Source: Heterodontus francisci (taxonomy: Eukaryota). Taken from it: DNA of 64,000 nt. Where the stretch lies: contig NW_027140453.1 of assembly GCF_036365525.1 (NCBI RefSeq), positions 1,240,001 to 1,304,000 on the forward strand, read 5' to 3'. Both the position numbers and the translations under genes were made by a program. Below are positions 1 to 11,330 of this stretch, in pieces (position 1 is the stretch's first letter; the number at the start of each line of letters is the position of its first letter). Below the pieces are notes generated by a model. It did not search any database. It saw only the letters and a list, made by a program, of their open reading frames with translations, and was not told the DNA's origin.

Positions 1-234
1 TGCCTCCTTACCGACATGACAACAGTGCACTTCAATATGTATTTGACTGGCTGAGGCTTGAGTGAAGCAGGGAGCTGTCAGGCCGAATGGCGCGGATCTG
101 TGCACTAACTTCCATCTAGTTCTGTGCCACAAGCGCCAAAACGAGTCGAGTAGGAGAAGATAACTAATGACTGAAACAGGTTCAGGGTCTGACACTGAAA
201 CGCCTGATGAATCGGTGCTTGCAGTTGCAGCTGG

Positions 235-253
235 AGCCACTAGGTGCCAGTGT
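235..253 (+). promoter_or_regulatory. Candidate CTCF site in the V region
   Basis: AGCCACTAGGTGCCAGTGT has one mismatch to the CTCF core CCACTAGGTGGCAG, with TGCAGTTGC just upstream. Confidence 0.4.
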
Positions 254-1729
254 TACTCCACTGCAGCCGCTGCCGAGAACATGCTCAGACAGAGTGAGCT
301 TTCCCCACAGCAGCTCCACAGGTCAACTTGGCTGCTTCTGAAATTTTTCACTTCTCACCTATTTCACACAATATATTCCGGCAATGCGAAAAAAAACCTC
401 AATGATTTGATATCCCGTAGATGAGCCTTTAATATGATTGTTTAGGGGGCATTAAGTGACATTTATATCATTCCAAACTTGAAATATTTGCACCCAGATG
501 CCAGTTTGTAGATTTCCAGGTTCTATTTTGCAATTACATTGGCCCAGGTGTTTGTAGGAAACTAGGAGAGAGCCTGAATTTCCATCGTGACTTTAGCACA
601 ACTCCCACATCTATCGTGTCAAGTCTAAAGTAACATTCCCCCCGCCCCCCACTCCCGTGCTCCCTGTTTCCAGGTGGAATAACGGGAGATCTGGTGCTCA
701 CTTCATGTGATCAAGTGAGAGACAGTTTTCAGAACAGAAGGCTTCACACTGACATGTTGTGATAGCCTCACTGCGCTGGTGGAGGGGCTGTATTAATCAG
801 GTCTGTTCATTGAGGAGGTGAAACTCAGTTTGTTGAGGTTTTCAGAGCGGGTTTGGACGGATGATTTCCTTCCCGAAAAGACATGAGTGAGCCAGCTGGG
901 TGTCAGGACACCTTAACTGAGACTAGTTTTCAATTGCAGATTTTCTGATGAAATAATTGCATTTATTCATTAATTGAATTTAAATTCCACCATCTGACCT
1001 GGTGGGATTCTAACGCATGTCCCCTGGAGATTCACCCCCGCCTCTGGTATACCAGCTCAGTGACATGACAACTACACCACCATCTGCCCCAGGCTAGTCT
1101 GGAACGTGGGGCCATCGGGCCGAATAGCCTGAATCTGTGCTGCAATTTCTATCTAATTCGATGTCACTAGCGTCACCAGCTGAAGCAATGGATAAAAAAT
1201 GGGAAGACGGAGCAATTTCAAAGCATGTCTTCATAATGCCTATTTTATCAATTGCACTTTGCAAATCTCAGGTGCCTGTAGTTACACATTACAGCCACGA
1301 GATGGGGATGGAGCTCCACCGCAGCCTGAGTCCCACTTGCTTCTGGAGAGACTGAGCGAGCAATGCAGCAGTGACTTGACCCATCGACCTAATAGTCAAT
1401 TCCACTAACTCTGAAACAGATTAAAATCATAACCATTCCACACAAAATAGACAACTGGATTTCCCCAAGTCTGCTCGTTCATAGTGACTGGTTTGACCAA
1501 CACTTGTGATATACTAAAACAGATAATCTGAAGGAAGTAAAGAGGGGAAGCAAAGTCAGAAAACAGTGAAAGAAAAATGGAGAAGGAGGAATTTTATATA
1601 AAGAAGCACATATTCAGGGATGTGCACATCACTGACAAGGTCAGAATTCATTACCTATGCCGAATTGCCCTGAACTGAATGACTTGCTAGCCCATCTCAG
1701 AGGCAGTTAACAGTGAACTACATTGCTAT

Positions 1730-2490
1730 CAGGTGATTCATTTTGGCAGAAGGGAGACAGAGAGGAAATACAGACTTAATGACACAGGCCTGAAGAGTGT
1801 TCAAGGACAGAGGGACCTGGGGGTTAATGTGCATAGATCTTTGAAGGTGGCAGGACATATGGAGAGAGAGGTTCACAAAGCTTATGGGATCTCGAGATTT
1901 ATAAATAGAGGTGTAGAGTTCAAAAGCAGAGAGATTGAGCGAAACATTTATAAGGCTCTTGTTCAGCCCCAACTTGAGTATTGAGTCCAGTTCTGGTCAC
2001 TACACTTGAGGAAGGTTGTAGGGTCCTTGAGAGGGTGTAAAGGAGATGGATTGGGATGGTTCCAGGGATGAGAGATTTTAGCTGCATGATTCGGTTGTTG
2101 AAGCTGGGGTTGTTCTCCTTGGAGCAAAGGAAATTGAGGGGAGATTTGATAGAAGTGTACAAAATGAAGAGAGGTTTAGGTAAAGTAGACAATGAAAAGC
2201 TGTTCCCATGAGCTGATGGGTACAAGGGCTCGGGGACACAGATGTACGGTTTTGGGCAAGAGATACAGGGGCGAGGTGAGGAATATCTTGTTTACGCAGT
2301 GAGGTGTAATGACCTGGAACTCACTGCCTACCAGGGTGGTGGAATCAGAGAGAATGAATGATTTCAATATGAAAATAGACAGGAACTTGGAGAGAAATAA
2401 ACTTGCTTGAGGAATGGGACAAACTGGATTTCTGTACAGAGAGCCCGCATGGACTCGAAGGGCCGAACAGGCTCCTTCTCTGCTGTTCTG
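1730..2490 (+). mobile_element. Decayed CR1-clade LINE 3' fragment
   Basis: ORF 1733-1984 (IHFGRR...QRDLGVNVHRSLK...YKALVQPQLEY) resembles the C-terminal part of the intact ORF2 at 56041-58851; it ends in a GGGCCGAACAGGC-type tail. Confidence 0.85.
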
Positions 2491-3852
2491 CCCTCGTACC
2501 CCGCCCCCAACAAGAGGAAGCAGTTTATCTCTATCTACCCTGTCAACCCATTCAATCGTTTTAAACACCTCAGTCAGATCACCGTTTAATCTTCTCTACC
2601 TGAGGGAATAAAGAACAAGCAATGTAAACATGTTGGGTGTTGCATTTCCTTCACACTTGATTGACTGATCAAAGATATTTTCAGATTCTCCGACCACAGG
2701 AAATCGATCATAGAATCAGAGACTGGTTACAGTATAGAAGGAGGCCATTCGGCCCATCGAGTCTTTGCTAGCTCTCTGCAAGATCAACCCAGCTAGTGCA
2801 ACTCCTCCTATCTCCCCTGTTCATTCAATTTGTCGCCTTAACCACCTGTAAGTTCCTCTGCACTGTTTCCTTTGCATGCTGTTGTGGAAGGACTTTGTCA
2901 GCACAATACAGCAACAGAATCGCATTGTACAGAGAGACACAGAGACAGGAAAGGCACCGTCAGGATGTGTGGTTATCAGAGTGCAGCTGTAAATGTTTCA
3001 ACATGTTCACGGATGCAGCAAGAAAGAGAAACAGCCTGTTCTGTGGGTTTACCCTACACACATTTGTATTTTTCCACTCCTAGGGCTGAGGCAAAACAGT
3101 AGGTTAAAGGGTAAGGTAGCAAAGTGTTATGTTACTGGGCTAGTAATATAAGGGCCTGGGCTGATATCCTGGAGATGTGAATTCAAATCCCAGCATGCTA
3201 GATTATTTCTATTCCCTTCATTAGATAAAGCTGGAATTGATGAAAAGCTGCTCTCAGTCACGGTGAACATTAACCTACTGTCTTGGACTAAAACCTCATC
3301 TGTCACAGAGAGAGGGATACCTGCCATCCTTATCCGGTCTGGCTGAAGAGGTGACTCCAGTCCCACAACAATATGGTTGATTCTTAAAGGGCCCTCTGAA
3401 TTGGCCGGGCAAGACAGTCGCTCGTACAAAAGCTGTGATGGGCACAGACAGCAATGGGGGTGGGCTCATCGCCGCCTTCTCAAGGGCAGTGAGGTGGTGG
3501 GCACTGAATGCTGCACATCAGAGGCACAACCACATCCTGTGACTGAAAGCAGATAGAGAGATTCAGAAAGAAAATAGAATAGAGGCCTCAACACGGGTGT
3601 TTTTACACTGCGTGACCATTCCCCACTCCCAGACACATCATCTGGCCTGTTTCAATCTTTCCCCTCACTGCTCCGTTGCTAACCCCAGCCTCCTCCATTC
3701 ACGCGATACATGCACAGTCACTTGGGGGAGCTGCCATCCAGCATCCCTCATTAACATTCCCCAGTAACCCTCCATCCTAAACTCCCACAAAATGCTCATG
3801 TGCCTGCTGTGTTATTTCTACCAGCTTCACCAATCCCTTTCCACTCTCAATA

Positions 3853-4530
3853 TGTTGAGGGTTTCCTCCTGCTGAGGTTGTTGTAGAATTTTTTGGTGTT
3901 TTTCTCAGACTGAAATTGTTGTTTTATTTGTTGGTGCCTTCTTCTGATTGAAGTTGTTGTTGAAATTGTTGCTGTTTTTCACCTGTTGAGGTTGTTGTTG
4001 AATTTGTTGGTGTTTATCTCCTGCTGAAGTTGTTGTTCAATTTGTTGCTGTTTTTCACCTGCTGAAGTTGTTGCTGCATTTGATGGTGTTTTTCACCTGT
4101 TGAGGTTGTTGTTGAATTTTGTGGTGACTTTTCCTGCTGAAGTTGTTGCTGCGTTTGTTGGTGTTTTTCATATGTTGAGGTTGTTGTTGAATTTGTTGGT
4201 GTTTTTCTCCTGCTGAAATTGTTGATTTTGTTTCCTGCTAATGTCGTTGAATTTATTGGTGTTTTTCACCTGCTGAGGTTTCTGTTGAATTCGTTGGTGT
4301 TTATCACCTGTTGAAGTTGTTGTTGAATGTTCTGGTGCTTTTTCCTGCTGAGGTTGTTGTTGAGTTTGTTGGTGTTTTTCACCTGGTGAGGTTGTTGTTG
4401 AGTTTGTTGGTGTTTTTCTCCTGTTGAAATTGTTGTTGAAATTGTTGATTTATTTTCCTGCTAATGTTGTTGAATTTATTGGTGTTTTTCACCTGCTGAG
4501 GCTTTTGTTGATTTTTTTGGTGTTTTTCTC
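3853..4530. repeat. GT-rich ~38-bp minisatellite, about 18 copies
   Basis: The unit CTGCTGAAGTTGTTGTTGAATTTGTTGGTGTTTTTCAC repeats with variation. Confidence 0.85.
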
Positions 4531-5012
4531 ATGAGCTGATGGTACAAGGACGAGGGGACATAGGTTCTTTTGCCCATGATTTCAAATCTGTGCCCCTCTG
4601 GTTACCGACCCTCCTGTCACTGCAAACAGTGTCTCATTACTTACCCTATCAAAACCCCTCATGGTTCTGAACACCTCTATTGAATCTCCTCTTCACCTTC
4701 TCTGTGAAGAGGAAGACAGTCCTAACTCTTCCAAACTCTCCAAATAATCTACACCTCCACACATTGCACCCTTCAGGGGATTCCCGAACCTCTGGAATTG
4801 CTTGCACATTGCAAGTCATTGCTGTCCATTCAATATTCTTCACAACTAAGGAGGAACAATGTGCTTTGCATTGAGAAACAAGAGGTTCTATTGGACGGTC
4901 ATGCAGTGACGGCATCTCCGCACTTCAACACCAGAGGAGGCGCAGAGGGAGGTAGAGAGGTCTGCAGAGTGTGACAAGGGGGCTGAGATAGGAGGCTTCA
5001 AATTCCCACATC

Positions 5013-5058
5013 ATGCTGTGTACTGTTTACCTACACCTGCTGTTTCTGCTGCTCCCAG
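5013..5058 (+). pseudogene. TRBV: Orphan TRBV leader exon with no V exon of its own
   Basis: ATG...MLCTVYLHLLFLLLP-G|GTTATT encodes the same peptide as the leaders at 5840 and 9249. Inverted CCAAT (4890-4894) and AGTGACGGCA (4905-4914) lie upstream. No V exon or RSS occurs before the next promoter copy. Confidence 0.7.
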
Positions 5059-5708
5059 GTTATTGCTCCTATTTGGAGGGTAATTCGGGAACCAGTTAAT
5101 CAGCTTTGAACATCAGCAACTCTTGTTGATATGAAAAGTTTCCAATCAGGTAAATCCTTCAGAGCTTTGGTTTTGCTATTGATTTCGAGCAGATTCAGTT
5201 CTGTGCAGCGGACACCGAGCCTCCAGACATTCTCTGGTTCTTTGATGAATCACCTTCAATCCGTGTCCCATGTTTACTGACCCTTCTACCATTGCAAACA
5301 GATTCTCCTTATTTACTCTATCAAAACCCTTCCTGATTTTGAACCTCTATATCAAATCTCCTCTTAACCTTCTCTGCTCTAAGGAGGACAGTCCCAGTTT
5401 CTACATTACTAATACAGCTGTCCTATGATGGGGAAGGTTTATACAGAGAGGTCTGGCTTAACTATCCACTCACTGGCCACCTGAAATGCTGATTGGTGAA
5501 ATGAGTTCTCCCCCATGAGTTTCTACAGTCACTTCACATCACATATCTCTCTTTAAAGTACATATTTGTCAACCGTTCCAATCTTTCTGAACATCCCCAA
5601 ACCCTGCAATAGATGGGACTTTGCAAGTCAGTCCTGTGTCATTCTAATTCTTACATTCAGACATTGGAAAGGAGGATCTGATTTGCTTGGATACACAAGG
5701 GTCGTTCT

Positions 5709-5740
5709 ATTGGTTGCCCTTGCAATAACGTCACTTGCAC
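5709..5740 (+). promoter_or_regulatory. V1 promoter: inverted CCAAT plus degenerate CRE/decamer
   Basis: ATTGG at 5709-5713 and TAACGTCACTTG from 5726; paralogous to 9135-9148. Confidence 0.55.
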
Positions 5741-5839
5741 CCTAGATGACAAAGACATGTGCAGGACCAATAGGACTGCAGTGTGTGTGAGAGCGGGACG
5801 AAGCTGGAAGGTTGAAAGCACGGTTCACATTCCTGCATC

Positions 5840-5885
5840 ATGCTGTGTACTGTTTACCTCCATCTACTGTTTCTGTTGCTCCCAG
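5840..5885 (+). CDS. TRBV: TRBV gene 1 leader exon (MLCTVYLHLLFLLLP)
   Basis: 46-nt hydrophobic exon with a phase-1 donor CAG|GTTACT that matches the phase-1 acceptor at 6704. Confidence 0.8.
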
Positions 5886-6704
5886 GTTACTGCTCCTACT
5901 TGTAGGGAAATCCGGGACCGGATTAATCTGCTTCTGGACAACATCAATTCTCGTTGTTGCTGAAAGTCTTCAAACAGTTCGGTCACTTGGAGGATTCTTC
6001 ACTGTTTGAAGCAGTGAATTGTTCTGCTCTGGAATACATTGTCTGAAAGCCGGGTGGATGCAATTGCAACCTTTTCTTTAAAAAAAAAGAGAGACCTGGA
6101 TAAATTCCTGAATGGGCAATATTTGCAGGACTCTGGGTAAAGAGCAGGGGAGTTGGAATATTTGGAAAGGTTCTTCAAAAAGCTAGCACAGGGGCGATTG
6201 GCCGAAGGGCCTCCTGCTGAGCTGTATCATCTCTGGCTCTTTAAATGCCTTTATTTTGGGTCCTAATTGTTTCTTACTCTGTTCAATAATAAATGTAACT
6301 TGCCTTGTTCGCCCTGCCCATTACCTGAAGGTTGGCCAGTCCTAGGCAGCTGATTATGGGCACATTGCCCACAATGTCAATGAGCTGACCCAGTCAGTGT
6401 CGCTGGACTGGCGGACGGTGCAAGGACATTGCAATAGAGCCAGTGTTGGCGGCGGGGAAAGTGGGCAAGCTGGCTGACTTTTGTCCTCCCCAGCAATGGG
6501 CACAGAGGCCAAGTGCAGCGATTTGGGCGCATCTGCAGGTGTGCCCAGCGGATACTGAGCCTCCAGAGATGACCGGTCTGTATGTTTGTTCAGTGAACTG
6601 ATGGACTGTGGCGTGCATCGCAATTTTAAACATTAAGTATCTCTCTGTCCTTACTGTGCCTATTTAAATGTTTGATCCGATCTGTTTCTCATGTTCCTCC
6701 ACAG

Positions 6705-7006
6705 CCCGGTCCAGGAGTGCCCTCCTTACTCAGTGGGGGAACCGGTTGATGGTCGCAGAGGGGACAACTGCGGAAATGCACTGTTTCCAGAATGACACCA
6801 ACGAGAGTTACATGTACTGGTATCGCCAGCAGAGCGGAGCAGGGTTACAGCTCATAGTGAACTCGATTGGTACATCTGATCCCAGGCCTGAAGAGGGTTT
6901 CAAGGAGAGATTTAAAGTCACCAGACCCGATTTTAAATCCTGCAGCCTGAAAATACTGAGGGTGGATCAGACTGACAGGGCGGTGTATTACTGTGCTGCT
7001 AGTGAT
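6705..7006 (+). CDS. TRBV: TCR beta variable exon, gene 1 (open reading frame)
   Basis: Acceptor TTCCTCCACAG; V-set motifs MHC, MYWYRQ, DRAVYYCAAS; followed directly by a 23-RSS. Confidence 0.95.
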
Positions 7007-7045
7007 CACAGTGATTCAAACAGGTGCAGGGCTGGGTCAAAAACA
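7007..7045 (+). other. 23-RSS of V gene 1
   Basis: CACAGTG, 23-bp spacer, TCAAAAACA. Confidence 0.95.
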
Positions 7046-7091
7046 TACCACCCTCTTATACTGTGAGCTGTTAGAGAGGAAAAGTCAAGTA

Positions 7092-8238
7092 GGGAAACAT
7101 GGAAACACAGAAAATAAGAGCAGGAGAATTCCACAGGTTCACCACCCTCTGAGTGTGGACATTTCTCCTCATCTCTGCTGTAAATGACATCCCCTGTATT
7201 CTGAGACTGTGACCCCTGGTTCTGGACTCCCCAGCCATCGGGAACATCCTTCCTGCTTCTAGCCTGTATAGTCCTGTTAGAATGTTAGAGGTTTCTACGA
7301 GATTCCCTCTCATTCTTTTAAACTCTAGTTAAGATAGGCCTAGTCGGCCCAATCTCTCCTCATACGTCAATCCTGCCATCCCAGGAATCAGCCTAGTAAA
7401 TCTTCTTTGTACTCCCTCCATGGCAAGAACATCCTTTCTCAGATAATGAGACCAAAACTGCACACAATACTCCAGATCTGATCTCACCAAGGCTCTGTAT
7501 AACTGCAGTAAGACATCCTTGCTCCTGTACTCAAATCCTCCTGCAACGAAGGCCAACATACCATTCGCCTTCCGAATTGCTTTCTGCACCTGAATGCTTG
7601 CTTTCAGCAACTGGGGTACAAGGATCCCCAGGTCTCACTGAACCTCCCCTTTCCCAGTCGATCACCATTCAGTTACTCATTGCCTTTCTGTTTTTACAAC
7701 CAAAGTGGACAACCTCACATTTATCCACATTATACTGCATCTACCATGCATTTTCCCACTCAGCCAACTTGTCCAAATCATATTGGAGTCTTTTTGCATC
7801 CTCCTCACAGCTCACATTACCCCTAGCTTTGTGTCATCTGCAGACTGGGAAATGTTACATTTAGTTCCTTCACCCAAGTCATTTATATATATTGTGAATA
7901 GCTGGGGCCCAAGCACTGATCCCTGTGATACCCCACTAGTCACTGCCTGCCTCCTGGAAAAAAGACCCACTTATTCCTACTCTCTGTTTCCTGTCTGTCA
8001 ACCAATTTTCATTCCATGCCAGTATATTACCCCCAATCCCACGTTCTGTAATATTGCACACTTACCTCTTATGTGGGACCTTATTAAAATCTTTCTGAAA
8101 ATCCAAATACACCAGATCCACTGGTTCTCCCTTATCTATTCTACTTGTTAAGTCCTCAAACAACTCCAGTAGATTTGTTAAGCATGATTTCCCTTTCGGA
8201 AACAAATGCTGACTTGGTCCAATCCTGTTTATACTTTC
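7092..8238 (-). mobile_element. CR1-clade LINE fragment inserted just 3' of the V1 RSS
   Basis: Minus ORF 7329-7610 (LYRALVRSDLEYCVQFWS). The flanks rejoin in the uninterrupted V2 paralogue at ~9980-10010. Confidence 0.85.
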
Positions 8239-9134
8239 CAGGAGAGATCATAAAGACAACTGTTCCTGGATGGAGCTTTGGGAAGTTTTCCAAACCCAGC
8301 AGAATGTGGAATATTCCAATAGATTCTAAGTGCTCCCTGTGTGACAGTTCAATATCCAAAGACTCATTTCAGTACTTTCCAAAGCAGAGGAAATAATCTC
8401 CAGAGAAGTTGAAAATCATACAGAACAGTAGAGGCTATTCGGCCCATCGTTCCTGTGCCAACATTTTAAAAGATCTACTTATTTCATCCCACGATACACT
8501 CTATCCTCAATGGGTGGCAGATATTTCCTGTTCAAATATACATCCCAATCTCTTTTGAAAGTGACTTTTGAATCTGCTTCCACCATCCTTTCAGGCAGTG
8601 CATTCCTGATCAGAATAACTCACCAAGTGAAAGAAAAAAACTCCTAATCTTCCCTGTTGCTCTATTAAGAATTCTTTAATTCTTGTCCTCTCTTTACCGC
8701 CCCTTCTGCCACTGCAAACAGTTTCCCCTTAATTACTCTATCGAAACCCTTCCTGATTTTGAACCTCGATCAAATCCCCTCTTAACCTTCTCTGCTCCTC
8801 CGGAGGACAGTTCCAGTTTCTGCATTACTAACACTGCTGTCCTATGATGGGAAAAGTTTAGAAAGGGTCCCCTGGTTTGACTATCCGCTCACTGGTCTTC
8901 TGAGATACCGAGTGGTGAAATGAGGTCTCCCCCGGGAGATTCTGCAATCAATTCAGGTGAGATATCTCTCTATAAAACACATATATGTCAACCATTCCTA
9001 TCTTTATGAACATCCCCAAACATTGCAATAGATGGGACTTTGCAAGTCAATCCTGTGTAATTCTAATTCTTACACCCACAAATATGAAAGAACCATCTGC
9101 TTTGTTGGATATACAAGGAAGGTTGCCCTTGCAA

Positions 9135-9148
9135 TGACGTCACTTCCG
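9135..9148 (+). promoter_or_regulatory. V2 promoter: perfect CRE / V-beta decamer overlapping an ETS site
   Basis: TGACGTCACTTCCG (reverse complement CGGAAGTGACGTCA) about 100 bp upstream of the leader ATG. Confidence 0.7.
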
Positions 9149-9248
9149 CATTGCTTCACAAAAGCAGGCTGTGCACCAATAGGACTGCAGTGTGTGTGAG
9201 AGCTGGACCAAGCTGGAAGGTTGAAAGAAGGGTTCACATTCCTGCATC

Positions 9249-9294
9249 ATGCTGTGTACTGTTTACCTCCATCTACTGTTCCTGCTGCTCCCAG
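9249..9294 (+). CDS. TRBV: TRBV gene 2 leader exon (MLCTVYLHLLFLLLP)
   Basis: 46-nt exon with phase-1 donor CAG|GTTACT. Confidence 0.8.
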
Positions 9295-9607
9295 GTTACT
9301 GTTCCTACTTGGAGGGAAATTCAGGCCCCAGTTAATCAGCTTTGAGACACAATTCCTGTTGATATCGAAGGGCTCCAATCAGTTAGAGATTTACTGGTTT
9401 GGTTTTGCTGTTGAGGACAAGTGTCGTTATTTAGCGCCGCTGCAGTTGTGCTCAGCGATTCTGGGTATTAGCACATGACCCTGTGCTGGGGCGGCAGCGA
9501 GCTGATCGACTGTGGTGTGCATCGGGAGGTTTACCATTAAATCTCTCTCTCTCTCCTCATTGTGTCTGTTCTCTTTGACCCGATCTGTTTCTCATGTTCC
9601 TCCACAG

Positions 9608-9909
9608 CCCGGTCCAGGAGCACTCTCGTTACCCAGTGGGGGAACCGGCTGACGGTCGCAGAGGGGAAAACGGCGGAAATGCACTGTTTCCAGAATGACA
9701 CCAACGAGAACTACATGTACTGGTATCGCCAGCACAGCGGAGCAGGGTTGCAGCTCATAGTGACCTCGGTTGGTACCTCTGATTCAACGCCTGAAGAGGG
9801 TTTCAAGGAGAGATTTAAAGCCACCAGACCTGATCTTAAAACCTGCAGCCTGAAAATACTGAGGGTGGATCAGACTGACAGGGCGGTGTATTACTGTGCT
9901 GCTAGTGAT
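9608..9909 (+). CDS. TRBV: TCR beta variable exon, gene 2 (open; the most D-proximal V)
   Basis: Acceptor TCCACAG; MHC, MYWYRQ, DRAVYYCAAS; same family as V1. Confidence 0.95.
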
Positions 9910-9948
9910 CACAGTGATTCAAACAGGAGCAGGGCTGGGTCAAAAACA
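9910..9948 (+). other. 23-RSS of V gene 2
   Basis: CACAGTG, 23-bp spacer, TCAAAAACA. Confidence 0.95.
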
Positions 9949-10669
9949 TACCACCCTCTTATACTGTGAGTGTTAGAGAGGAAAACTCAAGGAAGCAGAG
10001 CTCATAAAGACAGCTGTTCATTGATGAAACTTTGCAGAGTTTTCCATCAACTTTCAGAGTGTTGAAATAATCCAATAGTTTCTCAGTGCTCCCAGAGAGA
10101 CAGCTCAAAATCCAGTTCCACACTTCAGTACTTTCCAAAGCGGATGAAATAATCTGCAAAGAATTGGACAATCATACAGGACAGAGGAGGCAATTCGGCC
10201 CATCGTTCCTGTGCCATCACTTCGGAAGATCTACTTATTTCATCCCACTCTCCTGCTCTTTCCTCAATGGGCGGCAGATATTTCCTGTTCAAATATATTT
10301 CCCAATCTCCTTTCTAAGTTAGTGCTGAATCTGCTTCCTCCATCCTTTCAGGCATCGCATTCCTGATCAAAATAACTCAACAAGTTAAAAGAAAAATCTC
10401 TTCAGCTGTGCTGGTATTGTCTGTGTGAGTCTGCATCTCTATCTTTCAGCTTGCAAGCAGCTCTTAAAGTGATAAATAGATGGCTTGGTTCTGCTGAAAG
10501 ACAGAACTATCAAAGTTCCGATGGATAGATACATCTTATTGTCTTAGAATATCACCCTGTACCGTTTAAACTGACCATTGTTGTGTTTATTACAAATTTT
10601 ACCCAATTTTGATCATCTGGTTAGCAATCAAGTTACTGCCACTTATCATCGACATTCCTCATCACAGAA

Positions 10670-11330
10670 TCAGAGAATTGGTACAGTACAGGAGGCCATT
10701 CGGCCCATCGTGTCAGAACTGGCCCTCCGAATGAGCAATTCACTTAGTCCCATTCCACCGCCTCCTTCCCGTAACCCTGCACATTCTTCCTTTTTCATAA
10801 GTCCCTTTTGAATGCCCCGATTGAACGTGCCCTCATCATACTTTCTGGGCCTGCAGTCCAGACATTAACCACTCGCTGTGTGAAACAATTTTTTCCTCAT
10901 GTCACTTTTACTTCTTTTTCCAATTAGTTTAAATCTGTGCCCTCTCATTCTCCATCCTTTCACGAGTGGGAGCAGTTTCTCTCTATCTGTTCTGTTCCGA
11001 CACCTCATGATTTTGAATCCCTCTATCAAATCACCTCTTAGCCTTCTCTCCTCCAAGGCAAGTAATCCCAACTTCTCCAATCTATCATCATAACTGAGTT
11101 CCCTCACCCGTGGAGCCATTCTCCTGAATCTTTCCCTCACTCTCTCCAATTCTTTCATTTCTTTCCTCAAGTGCGGCTCCCAGAACTGGACACAATACTC
11201 CAGCTGAGGTCGAACTAGTGTCTTGTACAAGTTCAACTTACTTCCATGCTCTTGTACTCTCTGCCCCTTTTAATAAAGCCCAGGGTACTGTATGCTTTAT
11301 TAACTGCTCTCGCAACCTGTCCAGCGCCAA
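10670..11330 (-). mobile_element. CR1-clade LINE 3' fragment
   Basis: Minus ORF 10865-11236 (LYKTLVRPQLEYCVQFW...RLRGDLIEGFKIM). Confidence 0.85.

Noticed and set aside
2965-3112. Possible leader plus the start of a V exon (TTTTTCCACTCCTAG|GGCTGAGGC...)
   Set aside because: The upstream ATG peptide is not hydrophobic, a stop follows after six codons, and there are no V motifs or RSS.
6668-6704. ORF-track starts MFDPICF (V1) and MSVLFDP (V2) as true N-termini
   Set aside because: These lie in the intron polypyrimidine tract; separate leader exons exist upstream.
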